From NCBI GenBank assembly GCA_024704765.1, contig JAKMXF010000301.1, positions 53,945 to 117,944 of the forward strand: 64,000 nucleotides of DNA, read 5' to 3'. The notes beneath the pieces were generated by a model. That model was given only the letters and a program-made list of their open reading frames with translations, was not told the DNA's origin and did no database searches. This stretch comes from Oopsacas minuta (lineage: Eukaryota > Animalia > Porifera). The first letter of the stretch is position 1. The number at the start of each line of letters is the position of its first letter. Below, one piece after another: positions 50,968 through 63,194 of this stretch. Both the position numbers and the translations under genes were made by a program.

Positions 50968-52729
50968 AGTAAAGTTCAGTTAATACTAACACGGTTAAGA
51001 CCAACTCCGGGTAAGGAGTAGAAAGTTGTACACTTTACCATTCCCCTACAATGTCATGCAAATGCAAAACTCGCCGCTTCGATTGCTAAGTCGCTGCTAG
51101 ACAGCTTAGGCCTCAGGTTAGCAAAAGGAACAAACAACTAAAATTCGTTGTGCTTTTGGTAAATACGTAACGGAATATACTAGATTGATAGAAATGATGT
51201 ACACTAATATTCGTATTTTGTGCTGACGGGGATCTAACTCATAATTGATCCCAGATGTATAGAATTGATGCTGTGCAGTAAATAGATATATATTAATATA
51301 CTAAGCTGTCAGAAACGAAATTTAGATTTCTAATATACTATAATAGGAGCGCCCCCCTTCACTGCTCGCTCTACGCGGTTGCGAACACAATATGTCCACA
51401 CTCACGCCTATGGGCCTCGAGTACATAAACTCATAATCTTAACCGTATCAAACAGGATACTACCATAATCCATAAATATGCATACTTTATGACCCAAAAG
51501 CGAACAAATATATATAGCATATTGTCTACCATATCATATTCGGGCTCAAGATATTCGATGACCCGAGTATTGCCGTTGGAAGTATGAATCAACAATCAAT
51601 TTGAAATTTGCATATGTACTTAAAAGTAAAATATTGACAATATGTTGATGATTGAAAATACATTCCATCATAACTAATAGTAGTAATGAAACAAAACTTC
51701 ATTAGCAACCACAGTCAATTTTCACAAGACATTGAGTTGATAATATGATGGGGCTAGTTATCAGGACGAAAGCATAGCAAAATATTATTCGTTAAAATAA
51801 AATGTCATCGTGCTTTCCGATTTCGAATATTTGTTTAAGCCAAACCAATGTAACTAGGTAACGCTTATTAAAAAATCCAATAAAATTTGTTAACTAGTCA
51901 TATCGAGATTAACTCTAGGTTATAAAAACGTAGGAAAATGAAATCATTATTGTTGAATGAGTTAAATGAGTTGGTGAGAGCTATGTTAATGAATTGCTGG
52001 ACAAAAGATGTGATATTTTCTAACCAAAAATTATTTGATGTAGCCCAAGCGGGTATACATTATAAAATATCAAAGATATAACGGAATTCAATATTATTGA
52101 GGTGGATACATTTCCGAAAGTCTGGTAGGTCCGCCACCGACCTCGGATAGTCATAAACAATCAATAATGTGATATGTGATACGGCCATAAGACAATACTG
52201 AATATTCTCACCTAAGGGGTTATGTAGGGTATTCTGAGCACGCTCCCAGCGCTCTCTTAAGTGATTTTTCATATACTTAATTAAGTAAATAATTAACAGT
52301 GTAAGGAAAGATCCTCAATTTTCAAGCTCCCCAATGTAATTTCGTCATAGATCAAGGGTCTAGTCGAGAGTCAGGGGCTCCTAAATACTCCCTTGTCTTC
52401 ACTTTATTTATGACTATGTGATAATCCACAAACATAATACAACGAAATGTAGCATTTATTACAATCGGGTACTTTGGATATATACTAGAGCAGACGATGA
52501 CAATGCAAAACACAACACGATCACGATTAGTGTTGGTGTGTGATAAAGAAATTTGTTGTGTTCATGTTGGTTTCATTTTTCCTGCTTGTGTTAGTGTTCG
52601 GTTGAAAAGATATTATGAAATTTAGAAATTACGCTCTGATCTAGCATATACAATCTTTAGGCAATAATGAAGTGTATTAATCAGTGAAGGTTGAATCATA
52701 GCATTGATAGAGGATGGGATGAAAAATAC

Positions 52730-52991
52730 CTGCCAAAGAAGGAAATAAAAAATACTCATAGGAATAATTCCAGAAATAATCCATGGTTTCAGTCTACCAA
52801 GACAAGTAAATGGAGTGAACAATATTAAATACCCAATTATGGGGTCAGTGATAGCATCCCACAATCTTCCACCAAAAACAATTATGGAAACTAAAGCAGG
52901 GCTAATATTTACAGTTTCCAAGAGAAATATCGTAAAATAAAATCCAATTATTGATCCAGTGGCCCCATAAGGGATAGAACCAAAACCATAA
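52730..52991 (-). CDS. MFSD2: Internal exon of an MFS/GPH-family transporter (MFSD2-like sodium:lysophospholipid/melibiose symporter family), N-terminal TM1-TM3
   Basis: YGFGSIPYGATGSIIGFYFTIFLLETVNISPALVSIIVFGGRLWDAITDPIIGYL..LGRLKPWII..FYFLLWQ. The GRLWDAITDP.IG and GRL.PW motifs are typical of MFSD2/MelB. Polypyrimidine/TTTCAG acceptor before 52991 and CAG|GTATTT donor after 52730; 262 nt. Other exons not located. Confidence 0.8.
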
Positions 52992-53228
52992 CTGAAATGG
53001 GTAATATAAGAACGGAAATTAGAAAAAAACATCAGAATAATTTGTATTCTAGTATAAAATATTAGATAAGCACAATAAGGAATCAAAACCGAGTATAATT
53101 AATTGAATTTTTGGTGCAAATATAGTATTAAGTGGTCGATTGAGGAATTTCAGAAGAGGGAAATAACAAACTAGCTGGTGGTATTGGGAGGATTGAAAAC
53201 CCTGAATAAAGATTTTTATTTATATTTG

Positions 53229-53427
53229 CAGTGTATTAGAAATTGGGCGTGTACGCGTACATACCGAATTAATCCCATGTGTACGCGTACACACGAACAT
53301 TTTTGGGTGTACGCATATACACGATGCAATATCAGTACATTAGAAAGCCCATGCAATAGGTCATTAAACGAATACATATGGGATAATTCAGGATGTACGG
53401 GTACATACTAAATTCTTTAATCCACTG
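53229..53427. repeat. Short repeat/MITE-like remnant with TGTACGCGTACA motifs
   Basis: Several GTACGCGTAC/GTACGG motifs; weak inverted ends (TTTGCAGTG / CACTGCAAA); no TSD. Confidence 0.4.
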
Positions 53428-53890
53428 CAAATAGGGATTCCAATCCCGCGGCATTTCCTCTATCCCGGGATTGAGCGTTCTTAATTAATACATTAAATTT
53501 TTAACTTGTATATATGTACATAGCTTATACTAACACTATGACTGATGGGTTATCCTTTGTAGCAGTTACAAGTCATTTGATTGGTTTCAGTTGTACGTCG
53601 ATTATTGAGTATATATTCACGTTCTTCAATACTGAATTAAATGGAAATGAAAGAGAATATTAATGAAAGTAGCATAGAAACAAATCGAAATACGACAAAG
53701 TATCACGATTCGATAACCAAAGCGTATACAATTACTAATTAGTGATGTTATTTCTAATAAACACCAATGTGTCCAAATTCGTGCACCTTCAAATTCTCGA
53801 AATCTAACGTGGTCCACTGCAATAACAATATCGGTTCAGTTAAGAATGTACTAAAGTAATATGTAGCATACGTATGTGTATGCATGGGTA

Positions 53891-54340
53891 CAGGGCTGTA
53901 TCAACTCATTTGAGTTGGCAAAATCAACTCATATTTTTCTACCAACTCATTCATTTTTATTGCACCAACTCATTCAACTCATTCATTTGGATGTAACCAA
54001 CTCAACTCATTCAATTCATCTAGCTTATGTACCCAACTCATTTCAACTCAAATTGTGTTACACTATGTATGATTACGAATATAAATGTAGTCTGATTTGC
54101 ATTGAATAGTTGGAATCAACTATAGATTTTTCGTCATAAGACAATCTACTATTACCGTATCAGAGATCATTAACATAATAAACCGAGAGAAAAATATGCG
54201 TAAAATGAGTTGATTCAGCCAACTCATTATCTAAAATGAGTTGGTTCAATCAACTCATAAATTAAAATGAGTTGAACTCATTTCAACTCATTTCATTGAA
54301 CTATCAACTCATTCAACTCATTCATTTGAGGGTACCAACT
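53891..54340. repeat. AACTCATTC(A) modular repeat array, probably a truncated MITE
   Basis: Many AACTCATT units on the plus strand and AAATGAGTT units in reverse. Begins TA|CAGGGCTG and stops abruptly at the Transib-like end at 54341. Confidence 0.6.
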
Positions 54341-54732
54341 CACAATGGCACGACAGGTAGAAATTGCGAAATATTTGACAGTGATATTTTTGATATCTAA
54401 TTAATCCTATCTTATTCAGCATACTCGGAACCCAGAAATACAGCATATAATGATATTTGATAGTTTTACTTTTGAACAATAGTTATTTCTAGATGAGTAA
54501 CTTCAACATGATGAAACACAAAAATCAAGGTTTCTTAAAGTAGCCAAAGGAATTTGACACATATTCTTGTTTTAGTTATGTATATGAAATTGTAGCATGT
54601 CATATTGAAGTACTTTAAGTGGCCATTATAATGAAATACATTACTACTAAATTATAATATTAGCTTTTGGAATATACTAGGTAGAAATTCCAAATAATTT
54701 TGGTGAATTTATGTTTGGTTAATTGAGTTTTA

Positions 54733-55161
54733 CAGGGTGTCTAATAAGTTCTGTTATACATTTTCGCGCCTTAGACAGTAGCTATTAATATACTCATGAA
54801 GTAATCTTCTAGAATTTCTTGTAGCATTTTGGCGCTCTTTCAAATTATACCAAGTATATATCATTCAAGTTGATGATTTCCCAGAAAATCATGTTAGAAG
54901 AAATTCGTTCAAAAATTGTCACTTCTCACGAATCTGGATTTAGCAATAGTGAAATTCTAAAAAGGCTAAAAAATGATAAATTGAATCCCATGTTGATCTA
55001 TCGCACAATAAAACGATATATAGAGACTGGCAGCGTGTCCGACAGGAAACGAATTGGTCGTCCAAGATCCGCCCGCACACCAGCCCTGAAGAATAGTGTT
55101 AGATGTCGAATCCTAAGAAATCCCCGGCGTTCAATGCCAAAAATGTCTCGTGAATTCTGTG
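54733..55161 (+). mobile_element. 5' part of a maT DD37D element (same family as 3994), cut off by the assembly gap
   Basis: TA|CAGGGTGTCTAATAAGTTCTG TIR; near-identical to 3994-4383 but retains the native MLEEIRSK start. Ends at the n at 55162. Confidence 0.9.
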
Positions 55162-55162
55162 N

Positions 55163-55867
55163 TATGTCTCTGATAAGCCATCTAACTGCTGGAGTAACTA
55201 AATGGTCACCAACATCTACTAAAGTCCAATACACCAAGAGTTTTATTTGTGGTTTGTTAAAAGAAAAGTTGAATTTGATGATTGATTGTGCTTCTTCACA
55301 AGGTGGAACTTCTACAACAGGAAATGTTGTGAGACGATGCTTAGTGAGGAAAGATGATAGTGAGAGAGACTTCCTATACTGGATTTTGATACTATTACCA
55401 TCAAATTGCAAACAAGTGATCACTGATATCCGCACCTACCTTGGAGCCATCCTGCGGGTATATTATTCTAATAGAAGAATACACACAGACGAACTCTCAT
55501 TAGTATGTCGCGAACTTTATCAGCTGATTTTGACGTAATTTTCTTGGGCTAACATAACCCCTACAATGCACAAACTGTTAGCTCATGCAGCAAGCATTAT
55601 TTCTGATTATAATGATGGTTATGGACTGGAACAGTTATCAGAGGAAGGTCTGGAGTCAACCAATAAGTTACTAAAATATTTTGAGAACGTTTGTCGAGGA
55701 AGTTTTCTTTTGAAGAAAACTTAAAAGATCTTTTCGCTCGAATCGTCTGCCAAAGTGATCCGATTCTTCTACTAAACAGAAAAATGCGGAAAAGTGCCTC
55801 AAGTAACAGCGATATTCTTAGTAAACAAGATCTTACTGTTAATTCCCTCATAATAGAGGATGATTAA
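55163..55867 (+). pseudogene. RAG1-like/Transib transposase C-terminal third
   Basis: QGGTSTTGNVVRRCL, ITPTMHKLLAH, LEQLSEEGLESTNKLL, QSDPILL. Stop at 55536-55538 and a frameshift near 55680. Confidence 0.85.
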
Positions 55868-56626
55868 GTATATTTCTAAAAACAATATTGACATTCCAAT
55901 GACGTCATAACTCGTGATTCCGAAGCCGTATATAAATTCTGATAGTGTGCATCTGTTTTATAGGGTAGATAACCTATACGTCAATAATACTTCATAAATG
56001 CACATCTGTTACATAAATTGCTATTTCCACTAAACTGTCATTTCGTGCCACTGTGGCTTCCTGGCCAAGCAATTCTTTGAGCTTTCTCCTGCATGATCAA
56101 CTGCCCCTGATACTATTTTCGTATTCAGCCCAGCAGCAATCGAATGAATTTCCAACATTATCAACCCTATGCAAGATTACTTTTCTAATTAACCTACCTT
56201 AACCCCCTCAAATGTATCTTAGACAAGTTATTTGTGGATGGTAAGGAATGAACTTTTCAACAACACATACTTGCTTCTGCTTACTTGCCTAAATCGCGAC
56301 AAATGATAACAAGGCTGTGTTTGAAATTATTCTCCTTGGTCCACTCAGCATGAACCCTTGCTACTTCGGGTCACTCCCACTTGCCTGGAAAGATACACAG
56401 CAGACACGACCAGAATATCTCACTTATTATCCTACTGCTTCTTTTTAGCTGTCTGTTTCTACCCTTGTTGTTATGTATGTAGTCACGTTTTGTATAGAAA
56501 TCCATGTGCCTTGTCTCTTTCTAATTATTTAGAGAGTATTTACCTATCTATCACATTCTAATCTCCATCACTGGTTGGTAATCTAATTATACAATTTTGG
56601 ACTGTCCTTGTTGGTAGCAATAATAG

Positions 56627-58855
56627 CACAGGTCAACAAAAAGTATTTCTATCTCTTGGCTCAGATTATTGGAGTGTTTTGAGGGTATATCGGGGTTGCT
56701 GTATACGAAAATACTATTAGTTTTGCTGAATTGGCTCTAGTTATCTAGGTATTACACAACCTTAAATTTTAAGGTAATACTACAAATATTTTGGTTTGTA
56801 TTTTTAAATCAACATTTACAACTATTAGTCCACAACATAGAACCTTTTATGGATACAAAACGCATTAGACGTTGTTGCCTCAATGATCCTGATGTCTTTT
56901 GCTATATTTTGGTGAATATATGCCAAAGGAACATAGTTTTAATATTTGAGATGTCACCAAAGTAGCTTATCGGGCTTACTTTGGTATTAAATTAAGCGAT
57001 CATGATAAGTCATAGAGGCCTCACAAAGTGTACAAATATTGCACAGAAACCTTCCGCCTATGGACCCAAGGAAAAGCCAAATCCATGAAGTTTGGGTACC
57101 AATGGTTTGACGAGAGCCCAAGAACCATCACGATGACTGCTACTTCTGCATGGTCAAAATGTCTGTATGGAACCGGTAGAAAAAGAATTCGTAGCATTAT
57201 CCTGACATATATTCTGCAAGACGCCCAATTGCACACTGCAGCGAAATTCAGGTGCCTGTTTTACGTCCTTACCTGATACTGCGTTTAGTGAAGCAATTGA
57301 TGAATCGTCGGACACAGCAGCAATAGCTGTAATGGGTTGTTACAGATAAGTAAAGTGGAGCCTTTCTCACAGGGGCAGCTCAACGACTTAGTGAGAGACT
57401 TAGTCTTGGGTTGTTACAGATAAGTAAAGTGGAGCCTTTCTCACAGGGGCTGCTCAACGACTTAGTGAGAGACTTAGTCTTGTCAAAAGATGAATCAGAG
57501 ATCCTGGCTTTCCGTCTCAGTGAACACCATGTTCTCCAAAGTGAAGCTAAGATAACTTATTACCGACGCAGAGACAAAGAACTTATTCACTATTTCAGTG
57601 AAGAAGGCTGTTTCGTGTTCTGTAATAACATCCCAGGACTTCTCGCAGCAATGGGACTATCCCAATACAATACAAATGAGTGGCGTGTATTTATCGACAG
57701 CTCAAAACGGAGTCTTAGGTGCGTGTTGCTGCATAATGGTAACAAATTTTCCCGTGTTCCGATCGGCCATTCAGTAATCTTGAAAGAGCACTACGCAACT
57801 GTAAAGATGGTCCTACAAAAGCTGTGTTGTGACGAACATAACTGGATCGCGTGTGTGGAATCGAAAATGGCCAATATCCTGTTAGGACAGCAAAGTAGTT
57901 ACACTAAATACCCATGCTTTCTTTGTTTGTCGGACATCAGAACGGATGAGGTACTGGGAAAAGAAGAACTGGCCAGTTCGTCAAAGGATTGCCATGGAGG
58001 TAAAGAATATCATTAACGAGCCATTAGTTAGCCGTGATCGTATCATCCTGCCCCCACTACATATCAAATTGGGACTGATGAAACAATTCGTAAAGGCATT
58101 GGACAAAAATGGTGCCTATTCCAATTACCTCTGCTCAGCATATCGTGGTCTGAGTATCGAAAAACTTAAGGCAGGAATTTTTGAGGGGCCACAAATCAGA
58201 AAACTGATAAAAGATGGAGAATTCGCCTCACACATGACTGGAGTTGAGGCTACCGCGTGGTATTCCTTTGTCGATGTTGTAAAGGGTTTCTTAGGCAACA
58301 TCAAAGTGGCTAACTACCAGAATCTGGTCGAAGGCATGCTCAAGAACTTCCACAGTCTGGGAACCAGAATGAGCACAAAACTTCACTATCTCTATAGCCA
58401 TTTAGAGAGATTCCTTGAAAATCTTGGTGATTTAAGCGAAGAACAGGGCGAGCGATTCCACCAAGACATCAGGACTATGGAGGAACGGTACCAAGGAAGA
58501 TGGAACACTCACATATTAGCAGATTACTACTGGAGCCATATGCGTGATTGCCCCTAAGAACCTCGCAAGAAGATTTCGTCTAAGAGAACATTCGCTCATG
58601 ATTGATAAGCATTCAGATCATACTATATCTCAAATTATCTACTTACTACATACGTTCAATTCTAGTTATAATGTAATACATACATCTATATGGTATCAGT
58701 GAACACAGATTCACGGGTGCTGAAAACACAATTTTACAATATCACGAAAAGTAGAGCCAATTGACCAGAACTAGTGCCATTTTCGAACTCAGTGGTCCCG
58801 ATATACCCGAGAAATAGTCTCAACTTATCAGCCAAGAAAATGTTGTTGGCCAGTG
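56627..58855 (+). mobile_element. Chapaev3 (CMC superfamily) DNA transposon (2229 bp), defective
   Basis: Ends CACAGGTCAACAA / complement CACTGGCCAACAA, long imperfect subterminal inverted similarity, 3-bp TAG on both flanks. Motifs CLNDPDVFCYI, REPKNHHDDCYFC, LNDLVRDL, WRVFIDSSKRSL..VLLHNGN, PPLHIKLGLMKQFVKAL, GIFEGPQIRKL, KLHYLYSHL, LSEEQGERFHQDI, RYQG. Confidence 0.88.
57334..57481 (+). repeat. 74-bp tandem duplication inside the Chapaev3 transposase
   Basis: 57334-57407 and 57408-57481 are identical except for one base (CAG/CTG). Confidence 0.95.
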
Positions 58856-59659
58856 TAGTAGATGAATAGCAACAAAGCATTGTTCTCCCATCTTTTCTTT
58901 TGTCCACCTCTAGTTATTCACATTTGATTTACTTCTTCCTTCTATCAGAATTTTTAATACCTGCTGCCAACCTCCCTTCATTTATTTCTATCCCCACTGG
59001 AATGTATTAATCTTCACGTTTACACCATCGACCCCGATACCGATTGCTGGGCATAATTTGAAGTATGCAAAGTCGGTTGTGTAATATGAATTTACTAGGC
59101 CATTTTGTAATTATTCATACTCTTTTTCGAGTTATAATTGAATATAAGCTAATGTGTGCCCTTCGTAGTTTCCACCATAAATCTTGAGTGCCAAAACACT
59201 CGGTGCAATAAATCAATCTTATGCATTTGGTTTAGTTATAAACTGTATATTGATTTTGAAATGAAGGATGTAATCTAAACAATGTTACGTTTCAAAGAAT
59301 AAAATTTTTGCTATATCGAGCTTTTCTAGACGCATCCTTTTCACTTTCTGTATTTTTTCGAATATAATACTTGAGAATTTGTTGTTGTACAAATATGCAA
59401 TACATTTCTTCGAGGTTAAACGCTCAGCTTTTGAATGTTTTAGTCACCCTTTTTATTAGCTGGCCGGGTAACATATCCCTAGAACATTTTCTGAACCTAC
59501 TCAAGACTCTATATTACGCAGTTCACGTTATATATTCCATAGCTTGAATCAATATATTACTGAAAAGCGAAGCAATTCATTGGTTCACGATAATCCGGAT
59601 ATGCCGATTTTGAGATGATGTCATCAACATCGAGTTTGAAATACCTGTGACGTCATAAT

Positions 59660-61150
59660 TGAAAATTTTCACATTGAATATGTACAGACAGTTGAAATTG
59701 AATGATTTCACTTGTTACAAGTTAGACTCACCCTAGTATTTGCAGACAGTTGAAATCGAATGAGAATACTTGTTCCAGGTCAGAGTAACTGTGAATATGC
59801 GTACACTAAAATTGAATGGGAATAATTGGTATACGTCAGAATAACATAGAATAAGCTCAGATGGTTGAAATTGAATGAGTGTGTTTCAACTTGTCAGAAT
59901 CACATTAAATGTTTATTTTCGCACACAGTTAGATTATAGCGAATTGACTTTGTCCAAGTCAGAATGACCCTGAATATGTGCTGACAGTTGCAATTCAATG
60001 AATATACTTGTTACAAGTCAGAATTGCATTGAATAAGTGTAGATAGTTGAAACTACTGAATATACTAGGTTCCAAGTCACAATCACATTGAATATGTGCA
60101 ATAGTTGAAATTGGAAAATTTAATTGTTACAAGTCAGAGTAAGTATTACTTAACCACAAATCCCGAATATTTCAGGAATATGAGCTAAATCAATATGTGT
60201 TACATATCAATTTATATTAGAAGTGATAATACTAATGTTGCTGACGTGATCATTAAATAGCACCTGAACCATAATGCTGGACTTCAAAATCTTCCAAATG
60301 GATTCAAAATACCCGATTACAACATATCATGTAAAGATTAGTAGATTGAAACGGGAGGTTAACCTCTGGCGAAAAGTAGAACAGGCTTCTCTCCTTAATA
60401 AATTCCTCAGTTGGTTTCCTATGAGTATTATAGAGTAGTCCATGTGTCCACAAATTTATAGAGATTCTGACCTGCAACAAGTATATTCATTCAATTTCAA
60501 CTGTTTGGATATATTCACTGTTTGTCTAATTACAACCAAGTAAACCTATTGAATTTCAACTCTTTGGTCAATTTCACTGTTATTCTGACGTGGAACAAGT
60601 ATAATGATTCATTTTCAACTGTTTGAATATATTTACTGTGTTTCTGAGAAGTAACAAATATATTCATTCGATTTCAACAGTTTCCAAATGTTCATTGGGA
60701 TTCTGATGATTAGTAAGTATATCATACAATTACAACAGTTTGAACAACTCGACGTATATATTGACTAGCAATGCGTACATTCATCCAATTTCAACTATTG
60801 TAAATTTTTAATGATATTATGAGAGATATCAAGTATATTCATTCAATTTCAACCGTTTGCACATATTCACTGGTATTCCCACTAGTAGCAAGTACATTCA
60901 TTGGATTTCAACTGTTTAAACATTTTCGATGTGATTCTGACTAATAACAAGTGTATTCATTCTATTTTAACGGTTTGAGATACTCAAGGATAATCTGACT
61001 TGTAACTAGTGTATTAATTCACTTTCAAATGTGTGAATTTATGCACTGAAATTTTGAAACTGTATGAATATACTTGCTACCAGTCAGATTAATAATGAAA
61101 ATGTTCAAACATTTGAAACTGAATGAATAAACTTATTAATTGTCAGAGTA
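59660..61150. repeat. Inverted arrays of a degenerate ~59-bp tandem repeat (foldback-like)
   Basis: Consensus approximately CAGACAGTTGAAATTGAATGAATATACTTGTTACAAGTCAGAATCACATTGAATATGTG. About 8 forward units (starts 59685, 59743, ~59801, 59858, ~59922, 59981, 60040, 60099), a ~330-bp spacer, about 10 reverse units (~60480-61025), then about 2 forward units. Confidence 0.85.
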
Positions 61151-61161
61151 GCTGTAAATAA

Positions 61162-63190
61162 CACAGCGGAATAACCTTTTTGTATATTTGGGTATTTTCC
61201 TGTTTTTGAGACAATTCTGAAGTAAGGAATTCGAATTTGCTGTGCTTTTACTGTATCATCAATTATTTTAGTGAAAATGTCGATATTCTACTTTTTTGAT
61301 TTTCGCTTCATATTGCCCATTATACATTCGTATGACATTATATTCTTTCAAATAATGATCTACTTAGATAAATTGTCGTCTACAGATAGTATTTGTTGAT
61401 GGCCACCAGAAGTGTTTGTAAGCTGTTACCAGTTTCGTTTTGGCACTTTTCGGGTACTACATTGGACATAGACAAGTCAAGCAAATTATAACACGCGGTA
61501 CAAAATTGTGTATTCCTTATTATGCCTATTTTGGCATGCCAATGGGTGACCTTGGCAAAATGTGTTCCCCTCACTTTTGCTATGGATCATGTCATTAAAC
61601 CTTAAAAGGATGCCACGTGGAACCCGATGTACGCCATTTACAATACCTCGAATTTGGAGAAAACCAGTTAACCACATTGGTGACTGCTACTTTGGTGTAG
61701 TAGATATTACAAATATAAGGGAAAGATAGAAAAAATATTGTTAACTCGAACATTCCATCTTCCAATACCCCTGTGTCACACAACTAAGATCTGCCAATTC
61801 CGATTTCTCCCTTCTTAGAACGATCTATTGAACCTGAGGCATATCTTCTAGTGAGGAAGATTATTTCAGCTTCGACGAAGACTTATGATGGAAACCACAC
61901 TTTCCTAACCAGCATGCACTATTAAACTTGGTTAGGGAATTAGGTTTGACAAAATCTAATACGGTGCTTTTAAGATCTCGTCTCAGAGAGTGGAATTTGC
62001 TTGATTTTAGGATTCTAGGTATCTATGTATCTACAGAAAATGACATTGTACTTTTGCATCTTTCCATAAATTTTTGCATTCCAATTCTTTGTGTTACTGT
62101 TCTGATGGTAGATGACCTTTATAACGAGATTGGTGTTGCATACAACCCTTCAAATTGGCGTCTCTTCATTAATAGCTCTACAAGAAGTCTAAAGGATGCT
62201 TTGCTTCATAATGGCAATAATTTCCAACCATTCCATTAACTCACTCAGCTCATTTAAAGGGAAATTATGACAATGTGAAACATGATGGAGATGATCAACT
62301 ATCAAAAGATACATATGGGATGTTTGTGGCGACTTCAAAATGCTGGGATTTCTACTTTGATTGCAGGCTGGTTATCCAAAACATTCCTGCTTCCTTTGTT
62401 TGTGGAATAATAGGGCAGATGACCAGCAATATGTCAAAATGATTGGCTCGTCATAGAGGAAATAATTCCAGGGACTCACGACGTCATTCATAATTCTCTT
62501 GTTCAACCAGAGAAGGTTTTGTAGCCACCACTTCACATGAAATTAGGGTTTAGGAAGCAATTCATCAGATACCTGAATCCCGATAGCAATGCCTTCAAAC
62601 ATACATGTTCAATGTTTCTAAAACTGTCTAAGGGAAAAGTAAGAAATGGAATCTTCGTTGGATCTAAAATTAGGCGGATGTTAGCGTGTATCGATTTAGA
62701 AACCAAAATAAATGTTATTTAAAAGAGAGCTTGGCAAGCATTTAGGCTTGTAGTTAGTGGATTTTGAGGAATAGAAAGTGTGAAAACTATGAGGAACTAG
62801 TTGATAACTGAATTCCAAGTTATCTACTTCAAGGAAATAGAATTTCCCTAAAGCTATATTATTTAAACTCACACTTGGGCTTCTTCAGACCAAAATTGGG
62901 AGATGTGAGCGAAGAACAAGGTTAACCATTCCACCACAACATGTTAGTCATGAAGAAGATGTATCAAGGAATGCTAGGGAAGTACGTATGATGGGAGACT
63001 ACTTGTGGTGTTTGATACGGGATGCTCAGAATAAACACAAAAGAAAATATTATAAATAACATTTTTGACATATACGTCACACGATACGTTATATAGTATA
63101 TATTGATCATAATAATGTGCAATGCCATATATTTAAGTGCTGCATTAGTATTTAGGAGATTCACGAGAATTTGTTAGAGGGATTAAACAT
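61162..63190 (+). mobile_element. Second, more degenerate Chapaev3 element (divergent from the first)
   Basis: TAA|CACAGCGG possible left end. Motifs IPRIWRKPVNHIGDCYF, LVRELGLTK, WRLFINSSTRSLKDALLHNGN, PPLHMKLGFRKQFI, GIFVGSKIRRML, LGDVSEEQG. Right end not found. Confidence 0.75.
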
Positions 63191-63194
63191 GATA

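Larger units (their letters stand above)
54341..56055 (+). mobile_element. Second RAG1-like/Transib element (5' and 3' ends present; interior lost in a maT insertion and an assembly gap)
   Basis: CACAATGGCACGA at 54341 and the complement of CACAGTGGCACGA at 56043-56055; RAG1-like C-terminus upstream of the right end. Flanks (CAACT / GCTTC) do not form a TSD, and the n at 55162 means the two ends may come from different insertions. Confidence 0.7.

Noticed and set aside
54870-55538. 222-aa HTH-RAG1 fusion protein
   Set aside because: The junction is exactly at the n (55162), so it is most likely a scaffolding artefact.
59660-61150. CRISPR array
   Set aside because: The units are degenerate along their whole length with no repeat/unique-spacer alternation, there are no cas genes, and the context is eukaryotic.
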